Counted from the first letter of the stretch, positions 36,715-49,374 are shown. The stretch: 64,000 nucleotides of DNA from Raja brachyura (GCA_963514005.1 OY740816.1:21576001-21640000), one strand, 5' to 3'. A program made the numbers and translations. The notes: generated from the letters alone by a model not told the origin.

Positions 36715-37830
36715 TGAGTTATGTGCGAATGCTGTTTGTGGATTTGCGTTCAGCATTCAACACAATTATCCCTCAGCACCTGATAAGCAAACTGGTTCCA
36801 TTGGGCCTCAGCACCCCCATGTGTAACTGGCTACTGGACTTCCTCACTGACAGACCCCAGTCAGTGAGGGTTGGAAATAACACCTCTAACACCATCTCTC
36901 TGAGCACCGGCTCCCCTCAGGGCTGTGTCCTGAGTCCACTGCTGTTTACACTGATGACCCACGACTGTTGTGCCAGGTTTAGTACAAACCACATCATGAA
37001 GTACACAGATGGCACAACAGTGGTGGGCCTCATCTGGGACAACAATGAGCTGCCTTACTGGGAGGAGGTGAAACAACTGGTGGACTGGTGCAATACAAAC
37101 AACCTGATCCTGAATGTCGAAAAAACAAAGGAGGTCATCGTCGACTTCAGGAAAAACCGGCAGAGTCAGTGACAGCGATGTGGAGGTGGTCAGTAGCACT
37201 AAGTTCCTGGGGGTGCAGATCACTAACAGTCTGACCTGGTCAAATAACATCTCATCAACAGTTAAGAGAGCGCAGCAGCGGTTGCACTTTCTGCGCCGGA
37301 TGAGAAGAGCTCACCTCCCCCATCCCATCCTCACCACTTTCTACAGGAGCACCATAGAGAGTATTTTGACCAGCTGTATCTCTGTCTGGTTTGGGGACTG
37401 TAAAGCTTCTGACTGGAAGTCCATGCAGAGAGTGGTGAGGACAGCGGAAAAAATCATCGGGACTTCTCTCCCCTCAATCCGGGATATTGTGACCAAACGT
37501 TGCGTGTCTAAGGCCAGCAGTATTATAAAAGACCCCACACATCTCCATCACGGACTGTTCACTCTGCTGCCCTCAGGCAAAAGATATCGCAGCATAAGGA
37601 GCAGAACATCAAGGTTCTGCAACAGCTTCTTCCCACGAGCCATCAGACTCCTGAATGCCATGTAATGGGCTGCCACCATTGTCTATTTATCCTTTTATCC
37701 ATTTTATCCATGTCTATCCTTCTGTTAATTATCGTGTTGCACAGGGAGCCAAATGAAACGGAATTTCGTTTGGAATTGCATATATTGATGTATTTCTAAA
37801 TGACAATAAAGTTCGTTTGACTTTTGACTA
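36715..37830 (+). mobile_element. Rex1/Babar LINE, 5'-truncated, RT C-terminal half
   Basis: [31 protein letters not shown] and degenerate KYTDGT (YADD), ending NSFFPRAIRLLN. It has a frameshift near 37165 and a 3' AATAAA plus (ttgact) tail. Confidence 0.9.
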
Positions 37831-38877
37831 GATTTTGCATTTCACGAGCACTTCAGTGGGTGTCGAATTCTTTGGTTGTTAAAATTGCTGCAGAAATTCA
37901 GTCTTTCCTTCTTACCGCACGTTCCACACACCCTCCACCATAAATAATCTGCTGGAGGGATTCAGTGAGCCGACCAGCTGAGTTCTTCCGGCAGATTGTT
38001 TGGTGCTCCAGATTCCGGCATGTGCATTCTATTGTGATTCAAGGAAGCTGTAGGAGGCCGATTAGCCTTGTACCATTCATTTACACAATGGGTGGGGGTC
38101 AAGGAAAGAGCGGCCCTGTTTCCACCAATCTTTCCACCACAACGCACAAGGAGCAACAAGACAGACACCATTGTATGCAGATGCCAGGAAGTGTGTTCAG
38201 GTCTGGCTGGACAACTTCTAATCTTGTGCGTGGGACTTGATAAGAAGAAGAGCATGGATGATCTTGTGCCTAGCTGTCAGTTTCCTGTACTAAACCCTAT
38301 ATACCAGCCATCATCACATTGACAGCGGTGCTGTCTCGAAGGGCTGAATGGCCTACTCCTGCACTTGTTGTTTATATTGTCTATATCTCTTGTTTCCCGT
38401 ACGATCCAAAAACACTCCAATCGTCATCTTAAATCCACCCAAGTCTTTACTGTCCTCTTGAGTAGTCAATTCCAAAGATTGTTATTCCTCAATAGTACAA
38501 ATTCCTTGTCATCTCTGTTCTGAATTGTCAACGACTTATTTAGGAACTGCAACCCATGGTGCAGGCAGCTTACCGATCACTGCATCTACGTTGTCAAGCT
38601 TCCAATCTGTATGTTTCAGTGATCGTGTTTGTAGATTGGCCGTGTGTTCCAGTCGACACATTACAATGTAATCTTCACGTCTACTGATATTCCCCCTGGA
38701 TCGCCTACCTTCTGCCCAGAGCCCAGCTGACATTGGTGTAGAGGGCCTCGGAGGGCCACTGAGAACAAAGAGGGACCCGGCGTGGGGGGTTGGGGGGGGG
38801 GGGGGGGGGTGGGGAAGGCTGCCAAAAGAACAAAGAGAGACCGGGCATGGGGGAGCTGCTAAAAACAAAGAGGGACC

Positions 38878-39350
38878 ATAGAAACATAGAAAATAGGTGC
38901 AGGAGGAGGCCATTCGGCCCTTCATGCCAGCACCGCCCTTCATTGTGATCATGGCTGATCGTCCGCTATCAATAACCCGTGCCTGCCTTCTCCCCATATC
39001 CCTTGACTCCACCAGCCCCTAGAGCTTTTTCTAACTCTCTCTTAAATCCATCCAGTGATTTGGCCTCCACTGCCCTCTGTGGCAGGGAATTCCATAAATT
39101 CACAACTCTCTGAGTGAAAACAATTTTTCTCACCTCAGTCTTAAATGGCCTCCCCTTTATTCTAAGACTGTGTGGCCCCTGGTTCGGGACTCACCCAACA
39201 TTTGGAACATTTTTCCTGCATCTAGCTTGTCCAGTCCTTTTATAATTTTATATGTTTCTATAAGATCCCCCTCATTCTTCTAAACTCCAGTGAATACAAG
39301 CCTAGTCTTTTCAACCTTTTCTCATATGACAGTCCCGCCATCCCAGGAAT
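38878..39350 (-). mobile_element. CR1 LINE 3' fragment
   Basis: CR1 tail and ORF2 end, antisense. Confidence 0.85.
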
Positions 39351-39377
39351 CCATTCGGACCACATTGAACACTGTAA

Positions 39378-39532
39378 GGGGCCTGTCTCACTTCGGGGTC
39401 ATTTGCGTGTCACGCGGATGGCACGCAAAGATTTTGTACATCCCGAAATCCTGGGGCACCGCGCGTGACCGTGTGTCATTGCCTACGTTGTGCGTCGTGA
39501 TGCGTAAATGATGCCCAAGTGGGACAGGCCCT
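39378..39532. mobile_element. Short MITE of the same CCTGTCCCAC TIR family
   Basis: TAA|ggggcctgtctcactt...aagtgggacaggccct|TAA. Confidence 0.75.
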
Positions 39533-39581
39533 TAAGTTTTCCGGTGTCCTAGACGTGGCAACTCTTCGCATACCTTATGTA

Positions 39582-40151
39582 CAGTGGCTTGCAAAAGCTT
39601 GCGTACCCCTTGAACTTTTCCACATTTTGTCACGTTACATCCACAAACGTAAATGTGGAAGGAAAATGAAAATGGAATGGTTTAGATCAAAGCATATTCA
39701 TGTGTTAGAATGGCCCAGTCAAAGACCAGACCTAAATCCAATTGAGAATCTCTGGCAAGACTTGAAAATTGCTGTTCACAGACGCTCACCATCCAATCTG
39801 ACTGAGCTTGAGCTATTTTGCAAAGAGGAATTTGGCAAAAATTTCAGGCTCGAGATGTGCAAAACTGGTAGAGACATACCCCAAAAGACTTGCTGCTGTA
39901 ATTGCAGCGAAAGGTGGTTCGACAAAGTATTGACTCAGGGGGGCTGAATACTTTTGCACACCACACTTTTCAGTTTTTTATTTGTAATAAAATTTGGAAA
40001 TCATGTATCATTTTCCTTCCACTTCAAAATTATGCGCCACTTTGTGTTGGTCTATCACATAAAATCCCAATAAAATACATTTACGTTTGTGGTTGTAACG
40101 TGACAAAATGTGGAAACGTTCAAGGGGTATGAAAACTTTTGCAAGCCACTG
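39582..40151 (+). mobile_element. Internally deleted Tc1/mariner transposon
   Basis: TA|cagtggcttgcaaaag...cttttgcaagccactg|TA, with transposase remnant [22 protein letters not shown]. Confidence 0.92.
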
Positions 40152-40269
40152 TATATGGTGAGCAAAACTAAAAACCTCACTGTGACATGAAATATGCGAC
40201 AACAAAATATCAATCAATCAATCAATCAATCAAGGCAGAGTTCCAAATCTGAAACCATGTGAATTTTAG

Positions 40270-40630
40270 TGAGAAAGAACTGCAGATGCTGGTAAAATCG
40301 AAGGTAGACACAAAATGCTGGAGTAACTCAGCGGGTCAAGCAGCATCTCTGGAGGGGAGGAATGGGTGACGTTTCGGGTCGGGACCCTTCTGCAGACTGA
40401 TGTGATGTGAGGGGAGGGTTTCGCTTGGGTAGTTTACATCCCAGCGGTATGAACGTTGACTTCTCTAACTTCAGATAGCCCTTACTTTATCTCTCCATCC
40501 CCTCCCCCTTTCCCAGTTCTCCCACCTACTGTCTCCGACTACATTCCATCTCTGTCGCCCCCCCCTCCCCTCGCATCAGTCTGAAGAAGGTCTCGACTCG
40601 AAACGTCGCCCATTCCTTCTCTCCAGAGAT
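40270..40630. mobile_element. Penelope-like inverted pair with a GIY-YIG C-terminal stub
   Basis: Inverted terminal units at 40270-40400 and 40575-40630 flank FRLGSLHPSGMNVDFSNF coding sequence. Confidence 0.8.
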
Positions 40631-40929
40631 TCTCCATGTGAACTTTATCCTGCTCACCACATTCCTCGTGGTCGTTACGAGCGGAAAACAGCCATTGTCT
40701 ATCACGTGTACATAAAACAAATCTTATATTTGCTGCCTGATAACATTCAGTGCATTTCAAAATAATTCATAACACCTGCAGCACTTTCATGTTTCTAAAC
40801 AATGCGATAAGGTGCAATATAAATGCAAGTCTTTAAATAAGAAAATACCACAAGAGTCAACGTGTTGGAAAACATTGACAACACCAAGATGGTGCCCAAC
40901 CCAGGGGATTCTTTGTGTGTTATAACCAG

Positions 40930-41620
40930 AAAACATATAACCATATAACAATTACAGCACAGAAACAGGCCTTCTCGGCCCTTCCAGTCCGTGCCGACCA
41001 TTTATTTTCCCCTCGTCCCATCTACCTGCACTCAGACCATACCCCTCCATACCCTTCCCGTCCATATACCTATCCACTTTACTTTTAAATGTTAAAATCG
41101 ATCCTGCCGCCACCACTTCTGCTGGAAGATCATTCCACACAGCCACCACTCTCTGAGTAAAGAAGTTCCCCCTCATGTTACCCCTAAACTTCTGTCCCTT
41201 AATTCTCAAGTCATGCCCTCTTCCCTACCCTCAATGGGAAAAGCTTGTCCATGTCAACTCTGTCTATCCCTTTCATCATTTTAAAGACCTCAATCAAGTC
41301 CCCCCTTAACCTTCTGCGCTCCAAAGAATAAAGACCTAACTTGTTCAACCTTTCTCTGTAACTTAGTTGCTGGAACCCAGGCAACATTCTAGTAAATCTC
41401 CTCTGTACTCTCTCTATTTTGTTGACATCCTTCCTATAATTAGGCGACCAAAATTGTACACCATACTCCAGAATTGGTCTCACCAAAGCCTTGTACAATT
41501 TTAACATTACTTCCCTACTCCTATATTCAATGCTCTGATTTATAAAGGCCAGCACACCAAAAGCTTTCTTTACCACCCTATCTACATGTGATTGCACCTT
41601 CAGGGAACTATGCACAGTTA
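40930..41620 (-). mobile_element. CR1 LINE 3' fragment (second subfamily)
   Basis: ORFs 41211-41681 and 40952-41209 contain LKLYKALVRPILEYGVQFWSP and NFFTQRVVAVWN. Confidence 0.9.
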
Positions 41621-42208
41621 TGTCCCTGTCCCACTTAGGAAACCTGAACGGAAACCTCTGGAGACTTTGCACCCCACCCAAGGTTTCCGTGCGGTTCCCG
41701 GAGGTTTTTGTCGGTCTCCCTAATGGTCGAAAGTGGTTTCCGTTTCTTCTATGTTCCGGCGATTACTTCACAAAATTCAAAACTGGCCGCAACTAAAAAT
41801 AGGTTTCCGTTTTAAAAATCGGTAATTTTTTAGTCGAAGCCGGTTGCGATGCTAGTTGAAGGTGGTTGCCGGAGGTTGCAGGTAGTGGAAGGTAAGACTT
41901 TTTTTCACCCAGTTTTATTCCACCAGGGAGGTCTTACCTTCCACTACCTGCAACCTCCGGCAACCACCTTCAACTAGCATCGCAACTGCCTTCGATTAAA
42001 AAATTACCGATTTTTAAAACGGAAACCTATTTTTAGTCGCGGCCGGTTTTGAATTTTTTGAAATAATCGCCGGGACATAGAATAAGCGGAAACCACTTTC
42101 GACCATTAGGGAGACTGACAAAAACCTCCGGGAACCGCACGGAAACCTTGGGTGGGGCACAAAGTCTCCAGAGGTTTCCGTTCAGGTTTCCTAAGTGGGA
42201 CAGGGACA
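41621..42208. mobile_element. 588-bp fold-back MITE (278-bp arms, 32-nt spacer)
   Basis: 41621-41898 is the near-perfect reverse complement of 41931-42208. The termini are tgtccctgtcccactt/aagtgggacagggaca, flanked by TTA and TAA. Confidence 0.9.
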
Positions 42209-42580
42209 TAAGTCACAGAAGTGGATCTGCAATCATAATTGCTCCACTATTTTAAACCTTTACTCCTACAGCAATATTTCTTACTTTAATTATGATCTTC
42301 TTATTCCCTTTGTCATGTATCTGTACACTGTAAATGGCTCGATTGTAATCATGTATTGTCTTTCTGCTGACTGGTTAGCACGCGACAAAAGCTTTTCACT
42401 GTACCCCGGTACACGTGGCAATAAACTGAACTAACTAACTACAATAGCCAGTACTTGGCATTTCAGCATTTGATATAGCTTGACAGTTCACCCCTGCCAT
42501 TGGGAAGAAGGTATAGGAGCCTGAAAAATGTTATGGCCAGTAAGCTTAAGTACAGTACATACTCTCATTATTGATATTAG

Positions 42581-42938
42581 NNNNNNNNNNNNNNNNNNNN
42601 NNNNNNNNNNNNNNNNNNNNNNNNNNNNNNNNNNNNNNNNNNNNNNNNNNNNNNNNNNNNNNNNNNNNNNNNNNNNNNNNNNNNNNNNNNNNNNNNNNNN
42701 NNNNNNNNNNNNNNNNNNNNNNNNNNNNNNNNNNNNNNNNNNNNNNNNNNNNNNNNNNNNNNNNNNNNNNNNNNNNNNNNNNNNNNNNNNNNNNNNNNNN
42801 NNNNNNNNNNNNNNNNNNNNNNNNNNNNNNNNNNNNNNNNNNNNNNNNNNNNNNNNNNNNNNNNNNNNNNNNNNNNNNNNNNNNNNNNNNNNNNNNNNNN
42901 NNNNNNNNNNNNNNNNNNNNNNNNNNNNNNNNNNNNNN
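42581..42938. other. Assembly gap (358 N) in intron 42
   Basis: Run of N. Confidence 1.
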
Positions 42939-43367
42939 TGGATAGAGAGTTGGATAAAGATAGCGGTGTCAAGGGATTTGGGCAAAAGGCAGGAACGGGG
43001 CACTGATTGTGGGTGATCAGCCATGATCACAGTGAATGGCGGTGCTGGCTCGAAGGGCCAATGGCCTACTCCTGCACCTATTGTCTATTGTCTATATATC
43101 TATATATACACACACACATTGACTTTTTTCTTGTATATTGTTTACAGTGTACTGTGTTGACACATTCTGTTGTGCTGCTGCAAGTAAGAATGTCATTGTT
43201 CCATCAGGGATATATGACAATAAAACACTCATGCCGCTTGGATGTCAGTGCAGGAACCCATTCTGAATGTACAACTAACAACCTGCACGACACTTGCAGA
43301 AAGCAGCCGTGCCTGGATTATGCTAGTAATAAGATGGCTGCAAGCAACAAAAGTCGATGCCATTATT

Positions 43368-43595
43368 TGTAGCGGAACCTACAGGCGCACGCAGATATTG
43401 AACCCGGCGCTCAGAAGCCGCGGTCACGTGACGCAGGAGGGGCTGCTTGTTTTCGCGCGGTTTTGCTTTGGCGCGGTTAGTTCAGCGCTGACCACCGTGT
43501 GGCCAGACGTGTCTAGAGAACCTGTGTACTGAAAACCGAGCTTGCGAATAAAGATCTGTTTAAAACTTCAGTTGTCGTTCTTGAGACTGCCAACA
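43368..43595 (+). mobile_element. Probable solo LTR (Gypsy-like)
   Basis: TGT...ACA termini, CpG-rich, with AATAAA in the 3' third. The TSD is not clean. Confidence 0.5.
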
Positions 43596-44039
43596 TTTAC
43601 CATTATCACCCTGACTGTGACTGTGGCTTTCTGATGCATGTGGTGAATAATTCAGAAATGCCAGCATTACTCTGAGTGATTCAGCATTCCTTGCAGGCTG
43701 TGCTGTTTGCAGCCGTCTGCTCTGCAATCAAATGAAATCTCTGGGAATTTCCAAACTAGACCCACAATTAAATGATAAGTCCCACAGAGTTTACAACCCA
43801 GTGGTATGATATTGATTTCTCTAATGTCAAATAACGCTTGCATCCCCCTTCCCTCCATCCCTCCCCTATCCAAGTCGTACTGGCGTCTTGTTGAGTCTCA
43901 TCGTCAGTAACCCGTTTCCACCTAGTCCCTGGCTAGCAATGGCCTGTCTCCTTTATCATCCCTACTTTTTAGCATATCTTTCATTCGTTTGTTCCATGGT
44001 TCGACCTGTGGTCGAACTATGAAAGGACAAGTTTATAGG

Positions 44040-44945
44040 AACATAGAAAATAGGTGCAGGAGTAGGCCATTCGGCCCTTCGAGCCTGCACCGCCATTCAA
44101 TATGATCATGGCTGATCATCCAACTCAGTATCCTGTACCTGCCTTCTTTCCATACCCCCTGAATCCTTTAGCCACAAGGGCCACATCTAATTCCCTCTTA
44201 AATATAGCCAATGAACTGGCCTCAACAACATTCTGTGGCAGAGCATTCCACAGGTTCACCACTCTCTGTGTGAAGAATGATTTTCTCATCTCGGTCCTAA
44301 AAGACTTCCCCCTTATCCTTGTGACCACTTGTTCTTGTCTTCCCCAATATCGGGAACAATCTTCCTACATCTAGCCTGTCCAACCCCTTAAGAATTTTGT
44401 AAGTCTCTATAAGATCCCCCCTCAATCTTCTAAATTCCAGCGAGTACAAGTCGAGACTATCCAGTCTTTCTTCATATGGAAGTCCTGGCATCCCAGGAAT
44501 CAGTCTGGTGAACCTTCTCTGTACTCCCTCTATGGCAAGAATGTCTTTCCTCAGATTAGGAGACCAAAACTGTACGCAATACTCCGGGTGTGGCCTGACC
44601 AAGACCCTGTACAACTGCAAGAGCAGTAGAACCTCCCTGCTCTTGTACTCAAATCCTTTTGCTATGAATGCCAACATACCATTCGCTTTCTTCACTGCCT
44701 GCTGCACCTGCATGCCTACTTTCAATGACTGGTGTACCATGACACCCAGGTCGCGCTGCATCTCCCCTTTTCCTAATCAGCCACCATTCAGATAATAGTC
44801 TACTTTCCTGTTTTTGCCTCCAAAGTGGACAACCTCACATTTATCCACATTATACTGCATCTGCCATGCATTTGCCCACTCACCCAGCCTATCCAAGTCA
44901 CCTAGCAGCCTCCTAGCATCCTCCTCACAGCTAACACCGCCCTCC
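44040..44945 (-). mobile_element. CR1 LINE 3' fragment (~0.9 kb)
   Basis: ORFs 44125-44989 contain LDRLGEWANAWQMQYNVDKCEVVHFG and QRDLGVMVH. Confidence 0.9.
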
Positions 44946-46114
44946 ACTGCAGAGACTAAAGGTGGCCCATAATGATGACACGAGAACACTGCTAAGGAAA
45001 CCTAGATGGTGTAGTGATAGTAACATGTTTGTGGCTGCAGGAGTCAGTACTTTAGAAGCTCTCCTAAGAAATCATATGTATAAATTCATTTGCAGGATAA
45101 ATGACTCAAAGAATGTGCTTATTGTGGCCTTGTCATAGATAAGGTTTAGCACTACACACTCCGAATCCCAGTGGAGACACTGGTATCGTTGTCTCGTTGT
45201 AGGACATTGATCATTCTTTTATTCTGGATTTTAATTCATGTATTGTGTTTTTTTCTTAATATATAAGTTATGATGCTTTTCACATGTGATATACTAAGAT
45301 TTTATATGTACTTTGTGGTTTTTTAATATGTGATGTATTTTTATGTAATGTCTGGGCCTTGAGTCCGAAATAAAGTTTATTAATAGTATTATTATATCTC
45401 TCCATATCACCGTCTATATCTCTCGTTTGTCTTTCCCCTCAGTCTGAAGAAGGGTCTCGACCCGAAACGTCACCTCCCTATGCCTCCTCTCCTCTGACCA
45501 GCCGAGTTACTCCAGCTTTTTGTGTCTATCTTCGGTAAAAATGTTACAACCGAGCTGAAACTGAAATCATAATCACATTCTAAACCTCGCCCTGCCAGCC
45601 AAAGCATCAGACCCAAAAATCCAATTTGAAGCATGTGGATTTTAATTCCCTGACGTACAAAACCCGAACAATAGTTGTTGACGATATTTCAGCATTTCTG
45701 CAATCTACGCTTGACACTTTACCTTGTGCTCTGAAAAAATGTTTTTAGATTAATAAAACACATTGTGATTTTGCTATAAAAATAGAAAATGTTTGGGATA
45801 CTCAGAAGATCAAATGAAAGATAATTGAACTGAAATATTAAATCTTCTCTCCACACAGATGCTGCGTGATCAGCTACGTATTCCCAGCACATTATTTTTG
45901 TTTGTTTTTCAATTATATGGAATTTTTTGTTGACTGTTTGCAGTCTGTACAAATTTTTTAATTGGATAGCCAGTGAACTTATACTTATAATGACATAGAT
46001 AGGTCTGTGTCAGCTCCCAGGGAGTCATGTTAGTTTGCGTGATGGAGTCATATTGGTCAGTCATTCAGCTAATCCTAAAGCCATCCTGGGGGATTCTAGG
46101 AGATGTAGTTAGAG

Positions 46115-46905
46115 ACATAGGAGTCACACAGCGTGGAAATAGGCCCTTCAACCCAACTTGCCCACACCGACCAACACGTATGTCCCATCTCCACTAACCC
46201 CACCTGCCTGCGTTTGGCCCATATCAATAGACAATAGTCAATAGGTGCAGGAGTAGAGGCCATTCGGCCCTTCGAGCCAGCACCGCCATTCAATGCGATC
46301 ATGGCTGATCATCCACAATCAGTACCCCGTTCCTGCCTTCTCCCCCCATATCCCATGATTCCGCTATTTTTAAGAGCCCTATCTAGCTCTCTCTTGAAAG
46401 CGTCCAGAGAACCGGCCTCCACCGCCCTCTGAGGCAGAGAATTCCACAGACTCACCACTCACTGAAAAAAAGTGTTTCCTCGTCTCCGTTCTAAATGGCT
46501 TACTCCTTATTCTTAAACTGTGGCCCCTGGTTCTGGACTCCCCCAACATCGGGAACATGTTTCCTGCCTCTAGCGTGTCCAAACCCTTAACTATCTTATA
46601 TGTTTCAATAAGATCCCCTCTCATCCTTCTGAACTCCAGAGTGTACAAGCCCAGCTGCTCCATTCTCTCAGCATATGACAGTCCCGCCATTCCGGGAATT
46701 AACCTTGTAAACCTACGCTGCACTCCCTCAATAGCAAGAATGTCCTTCCTCAAATTAGGGGACCAAAACTGCACACGATACTCCAGGTGTGGTCTCACTC
46801 GGGCCCTGTACAACTGCAGAAGGACCTCTTTGACCCGATATTCCTCTAAGCATGTCCTATCCATGTACCTGTCCAAAAGTTTCTTAAATATAGTGATAGC
46901 ACCAG
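46115..46905 (-). mobile_element. Nested CR1 fragments (a younger CR1 at 46225-46831 inside an older CR1 tail)
   Basis: ORF 46379-46876 fuses two CR1 subfamily segments, and the older tail resumes on both sides. Confidence 0.8.
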
Positions 46906-47396
46906 CAACATTGCGATAGTAACTGCAAGCTCCATCACTTTACTCCTTATTTACTGTACTCCTGGCTTATTTTCTCTCAAACATGCCCATCAACACCCCT
47001 TTGATTCGTAGTGCCGGTAATGTACACTAAAGGGCTTGATCACATCACAGTCACTGAGCACAAGGGATTGTCTTCAATCTACACCGGATCACATAAGGAG
47101 TTGGAAACAGGAAAATCTATACCAGAAGACCTCCGGTATAGTTGTGGGCAAGTTTTTTTGTTTGAGCTCAGAGATGTTGTCCTGTTTCCTTGATCAGCCA
47201 TGATCACATTGTATGGCGGTGCTGGCTCGAAGGGCCGAATGCACCTATTGTCTATTCCTTATTACTGACTGCAAATTCTGCGCAACAGAGGCCAGTCCAT
47301 TCAACGGCACTCGATATGAGCTGGTTTCAAACTCGGTTTCAATGTGGATGACCATTCATTGCCGAACACAAAACAAATAGCCACCAGACACTAGAG

Positions 47397-47591
47397 CAGT
47401 GATTCTGAACCTGGGGGGGTCGGGACCCTCATGGAGGGGGTATTTGGGGCTTTACCGGGGGACATGAAGGGGTCATAAATAACATATCGATTTGTTGAGC
47501 CCATGTTTAGGAACCTAACAAAGGTACGTACCACATACAGTATTTTGTCCGTGTATGCGCGTACGTATGCCAAAAAGGTTAAGAACCACTG
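47397..47591. mobile_element. hAT (Charlie-like) MITE ~70 nt into intron 42
   Basis: TIRs cagtgattctgaacct and aggttaagaaccactg; perfect 8-bp TSD cactagag. Confidence 0.88.
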
Positions 47592-47662
47592 CACTAGAGT
47601 TTGCTCATTAACCACTGCGGTATTAAGTAATGCAACATTGAGGTATGTTTTGTAGCCTGTAC

Positions 47663-47798
47663 CTGAGAGTTTGGCCGAATGTCTTCTATATCCTCTGATC
47701 GACCTCTTTCAGGACTCCACGCCCCTGTCTGCTGAAACATTTTTTGAGCTCGATCGGTCACCCAAGATTGGCTCTCCTTCATAATCCCATCTTGTGGT
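47663..47798 (-). CDS. CACNA1A: CACNA1A exon 42 (CBD region), 136 nt
   Basis: ctgcccaaag|A CCA CAA GAT...TCT CAG|gtacag; [45 protein letters not shown]. The acceptor was chosen by phase (AAG), so the 5' boundary is less certain. Confidence 0.88.
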
Positions 47799-49374
47799 CT
47801 TTGGGCAGAGGAATAACGCAATTAGTAAACCTATTATTTCATACAGCGACGAAAGTAGTCAATAGTTGGCAGAACATCTCAGTGCCAGAACATCACCTAG
47901 CCTGCGAAGTATTAACCCTGAATATAGACACAGAATGCTGGAGTAACTCAGCGGGACAGGCAGCATCTCAGTAGAGAAGGAATGGGTGACGTTTCGAGTT
48001 GAGACCCTTCTTCAGACTGGTTAAAGGATAAGGGAAACGAGAGATTGTTTCCCTTATCCCGAACCTGTCTGAAGAAGGGTCTCGACCCGAAACGTCACCC
48101 ATTCCAGAGATGTTACGTCCCGTTGAGTTACTCCAGCTTTTTGTGTCTATCTTCAATTAAATGTATCGGAGTGTGAAAACGCACACCTCCAGATTCAGGG
48201 ACAGTTTCTTTCGGGCTGTGGTTAGGCAACTGAATCATCCGACCACAACCAGAGAGCATTCCTGAACTACTATCTACCTCATTGGTGACCCTCAGACTAT
48301 CTTTGATTGGACTATACTGGCTTTACCTTGCACTAAACGTTATTAAAGCAAAAAATCACACTGTTTCGGAGAAATAAACTGGTGAGTAGGTGGAATTAAT
48401 TCCTATAGGGAGTGGGGCAGAGGGCTTGAGGTGTGAATGGTGGAGTGTATTCAAAGAGTAGCGTGGTAAACAGTGAAGGGTGAAAAGAATAGAGGGCTAT
48501 GTTGGTGGGGTGCGATGTATGGAACAAGCTCATGTTAATCGTAATTGAGTGGAATTGTCATCTGAATATCTGACTCCACTGATACTGAATAACTATTCCA
48601 ACTAACTCCGCAAGAACATTGAGACATGTCGATTAAACAAAGTCCAACATCAACAACATGTGTAATTCGACTCTTAAATAGGAATCAAATGATATCCAGT
48701 CCCAACTTGAAATGGGTATGTGATCCAACTGAGTTCAAATCCAAATCTAATCTTGGATAATTTATCCAAAACCGGGATCGAAACTGCGTACAGATCCTGG
48801 TACAATTATGTACCTGTGCCTAAACCCAAACTTGGAAGGGATGTAAATCTAATTCCAATTGGGGTTGCAGTATCCCAGTAAAACTCAATCTAAAATGCCA
48901 ATAGCAAACTGGAGGACAATAACAAACAGTATTCCCAACTATCAGAGCTGGACTCAATTTATGGTAGATTCCTAAGAGCTTAGACGTCTGAGAATGATCT
49001 CAGTGCAGATAATTGTCAGGGACTGGAGTTAGGAGTAAATGTCCTTCTACCATCTAGCCTGTGAATCCTGCAGAAGGTTAAATTGTGATATCAATCAATA
49101 TAGAGCAAATTGGCTCAGTCTCTGGACTCTAGAGTACAAATCCAATGGGTTGAGGCAGATGAAAGCAAAATTAAAGAAATAAGTTACAGCAATAAACTTT
49201 AAAAGTACATATAATTTACACATTTCACTGACTGCCATTTCACGAGCGATTCTTCTGCATAACTATTTCTATAGGGATTTATTGGGGCTTTATATAATAA
49301 CCTCACAATTTTGCAGCATCAAATCCCTATAGCCTGTTAAATCCAAGGACTCAAGTACTTTATGAATTAACTCA

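Noticed and set aside
36684-37665. Two RT-like ORFs as an active retrotransposon or host gene
   Set aside because: The element is 5'-truncated and frameshifted, and its catalytic YADD is mutated to YTDG, so it is a dead Rex1 copy.
42488-43030. ORFs full of X
   Set aside because: Artefacts of the N gap.
43995-44021. Short hairpin catggttcgacc-tgt-ggtcgaactatg
   Set aside because: It sits at the junction of Penelope and CR1 fragments and is probably an insertion by-product. There is no other support.
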